Below the pieces are notes generated by a model. That model ran no database searches, was not told the origin of the DNA, and saw nothing but the letters and a program-made list of their open reading frames with translations. Below, piece by piece: positions 61,629 to 62,863 of a stretch of DNA of 62,863 nucleotides (positions are counted from its first letter, which is position 1; each line of letters begins with the position of its first letter). The DNA comes from an uncultured Clostridia bacterium (GTDB taxonomy: Bacteria > Bacillota > Clostridia > Oscillospirales > UBA644): NCBI GenBank assembly GCA_944386295.1, contig CALXAO010000110.1:1-62863 (forward strand), read 5' to 3'. Both the position numbers and the translations under genes were made by a program.

Positions 61629-62585
61629 GTGAAAATCACGGTGCTGGACCGCTGTACGTTAACTGCCGGTGATCTGGATTTTTCGGCGCTGGATAGATTA
61701 GGACAGGTTGCTTATTACGACCTTGTTCCGTCGGAACGGTTGCCGGAAGTGATCAGGGATTCCGAAGCTGTGCTAGTAAATAAGGCGGTCATTGACCGCC
61801 AGGTAATGGACGCCTGTCCAGCCCTTCGGTATGTGGGACTGTTTGCTACCGGATACAATAACATTGACTTGAAGGCCGCCGAAGAAAAGGGAATCTGCGT
61901 CTGCAATGTACCGGGATATTCTACTCCATCGGTGGCGCAACAGGTTTTCGCCTTTATTTTGGCGTATGCTACGTCTTTGCCGGAGTATGACAGGTCTACC
62001 CACAATGGGGACTGGATTACCAGTCATACTTTTTCTTATTTTCCCTATCCGGTGTCAGAGTTGGCAGGGAAAACTCTGGGAATTTTTGGGTACGGCGCCA
62101 TTGGACGGAAGGTGGCGGAGATCGGCCGTGCCTTTGATATGGAAATTTTGGTTTGTACCCGGACGCCTCCGAAGGATTGTCCCGATTTGCAGGTAACAAT
62201 GGAAGTACTTTTCCGGCGGTCTGATTATTTGACCTTTCATTGTCCTCTGACGCCTCTGACCAAAGAACTGGTCTGTAAGCAGACACTGTCTTGGATGAAA
62301 CCGACGGCCTATTTGATCAATACTGCTAGAGGCGGAATTGTAGTGGAGCAGGATTTGGCGGATGCTTTGAATGCCGGCGTAATTGCCGGCGCCGGCATTG
62401 ATGTTCTGACGGTGGAGCCCATGCGGGCCAATCAGCCTTTACTAAAAGCAAAAAATTGCCGGATTACCCCGCACATGGCCTGGGCATCTGCAGAATCCAG
62501 GCAGCGGCTGCTGTGGCTGGTTTGCGAAAATTTGCGGCAGTTCCAGGCTGGAACGCCCATTCACCAGGTTTTTCCGGAAATGTAA
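61629..62585 (+). CDS. D-isomer-specific 2-hydroxyacid dehydrogenase
   Basis: GIFGYGAIGRKVA NAD fold, NTARGG, and catalytic H in ITPHMAW. Confidence 0.85.
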   Translation: MKITVLDRCTLTAGDLDFSALDRLGQVAYYDLVPSERLPEVIRDSEAVLVNKAVIDRQVMDACPALRYVGLFATGYNNIDLKAAEEKGICVCNVPGYSTPSVAQQVFAFILAYATSLPEYDRSTHNGDWITSHTFSYFPYPVSELAGKTLGIFGYGAIGRKVAEIGRAFDMEILVCTRTPPKDCPDLQVTMEVLFRRSDYLTFHCPLTPLTKELVCKQTLSWMKPTAYLINTARGGIVVEQDLADALNAGVIAGAGIDVLTVEPMRANQPLLKAKNCRITPHMAWASAESRQRLLWLVCENLRQFQAGTPIHQVFPEM

Positions 62586-62606
62586 TAAAAAAGTAGAAAA
62601 CATAGC

Positions 62607-62635
62607 TTGACAGATTGGGAAAAGTGTGTTAAAAT
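62607..62635 (+). promoter_or_regulatory. Promoter TTGACA-17-TGtTAAAAT
   Basis: -35 at 62607-62612, -10 at 62630-62635. It drives the L-box leader. Confidence 0.55.
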
Positions 62636-62642
62636 AAAACAG

Positions 62643-62803
62643 TAGATAGAGGTGCACTTTGCAATGAGTCCTGCCCGGCGGCAGGTTTTCGCAGAACTAT
62701 GCCGGGTACAAAAGGTGCAGGTGCCGAAGACGGATGAGGCGGAAGTCCGGTCTGGTAGGGCAAAATAAGAGGTGTCCTATTGTCGCGTTTGCGGAGAGCT
62801 ATC
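62643..62803 (+). promoter_or_regulatory. Lysine riboswitch (L-box); regulated gene lies beyond the window
   Basis: The 5' GATAGAGGTGC, the internal GTGCCGAAG and the 3' TGTC...GGAGAGCTATC match my memory of the B. subtilis lysC leader (GATAGAGGTGCG...GTCGCCGAAG...). A downstream GATAGC (62851-62856) can pair with GCTATC. Confidence 0.65.
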
Positions 62804-62863
62804 GTATTTTAATGTGGAGGCGGAATTTCCGACCTTTTGATATGAAATGTGATAGCCGATTCC

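Noticed and set aside
62643-62803. Alternative reading of the right-edge leader as a cobalamin riboswitch or T-box
   Set aside because: It lacks a B12 box and the GCCACUG core. It also lacks GGUGGUACC. The GATAGAGGTGC...GCCGAAG...GGAGAGCTATC pattern fits the L-box better.

Overview
Chromosomal window from a Gram-positive anaerobe. It looks Clostridia-like from T-box and L-box leaders, SigA-type TTGACA/TATAAT promoters, LL-DAP aminotransferase, split glutamate synthase and an ANTAR regulator. I can support about 55 protein-coding genes, several pseudogenes, three cis-regulatory RNA leaders, and a set of promoters and terminators. I found no rRNA, tRNA, CRISPR array, integrase or phage genes. 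The flanks (0.6-11.0 kb and 43.9-62.6 kb) are ordinary housekeeping genes: dipeptidase, rsmI, luxS, murA, rlmH, phosphomutase, aroK, ileS, citrate synthase, metY/metA. The centre (about 11.1-42.4 kb) looks AT-richer by eye and has two parts. The first is a redox/persulfide-metal cluster: CoA-disulfide reductase-rhodanese, rhodanese, thioredoxin, Crp/Fnr, ZIP, MBL. The second is a very dense glutamine/ammonia cluster: dapL-dapF-carBA-purF-pyrG, guaA, asnB, amt-glnK, glnN, gdhA, split gltS, glnA, ANTAR. The points most worth a second look are these. (1) A hairpin with an A..G.. hexaloop (core GCAAGGGCGU) occurs three times in the nitrogen-gene leaders. Two copies compete with intrinsic terminators, and an ANTAR protein with a degenerate receiver sits next to them. 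(2) Decay is selective: amt-glnK and the two electron-input subunits of the split glutamate synthase are dead, while all neighbours are intact. (3) A 346-aa orphan protein has 24 Cys, including a CCCCC run, with no family I recognise. (4) The composition shifts across the central block. All coordinates and folds were worked out by hand from the sequence. No database search was run.
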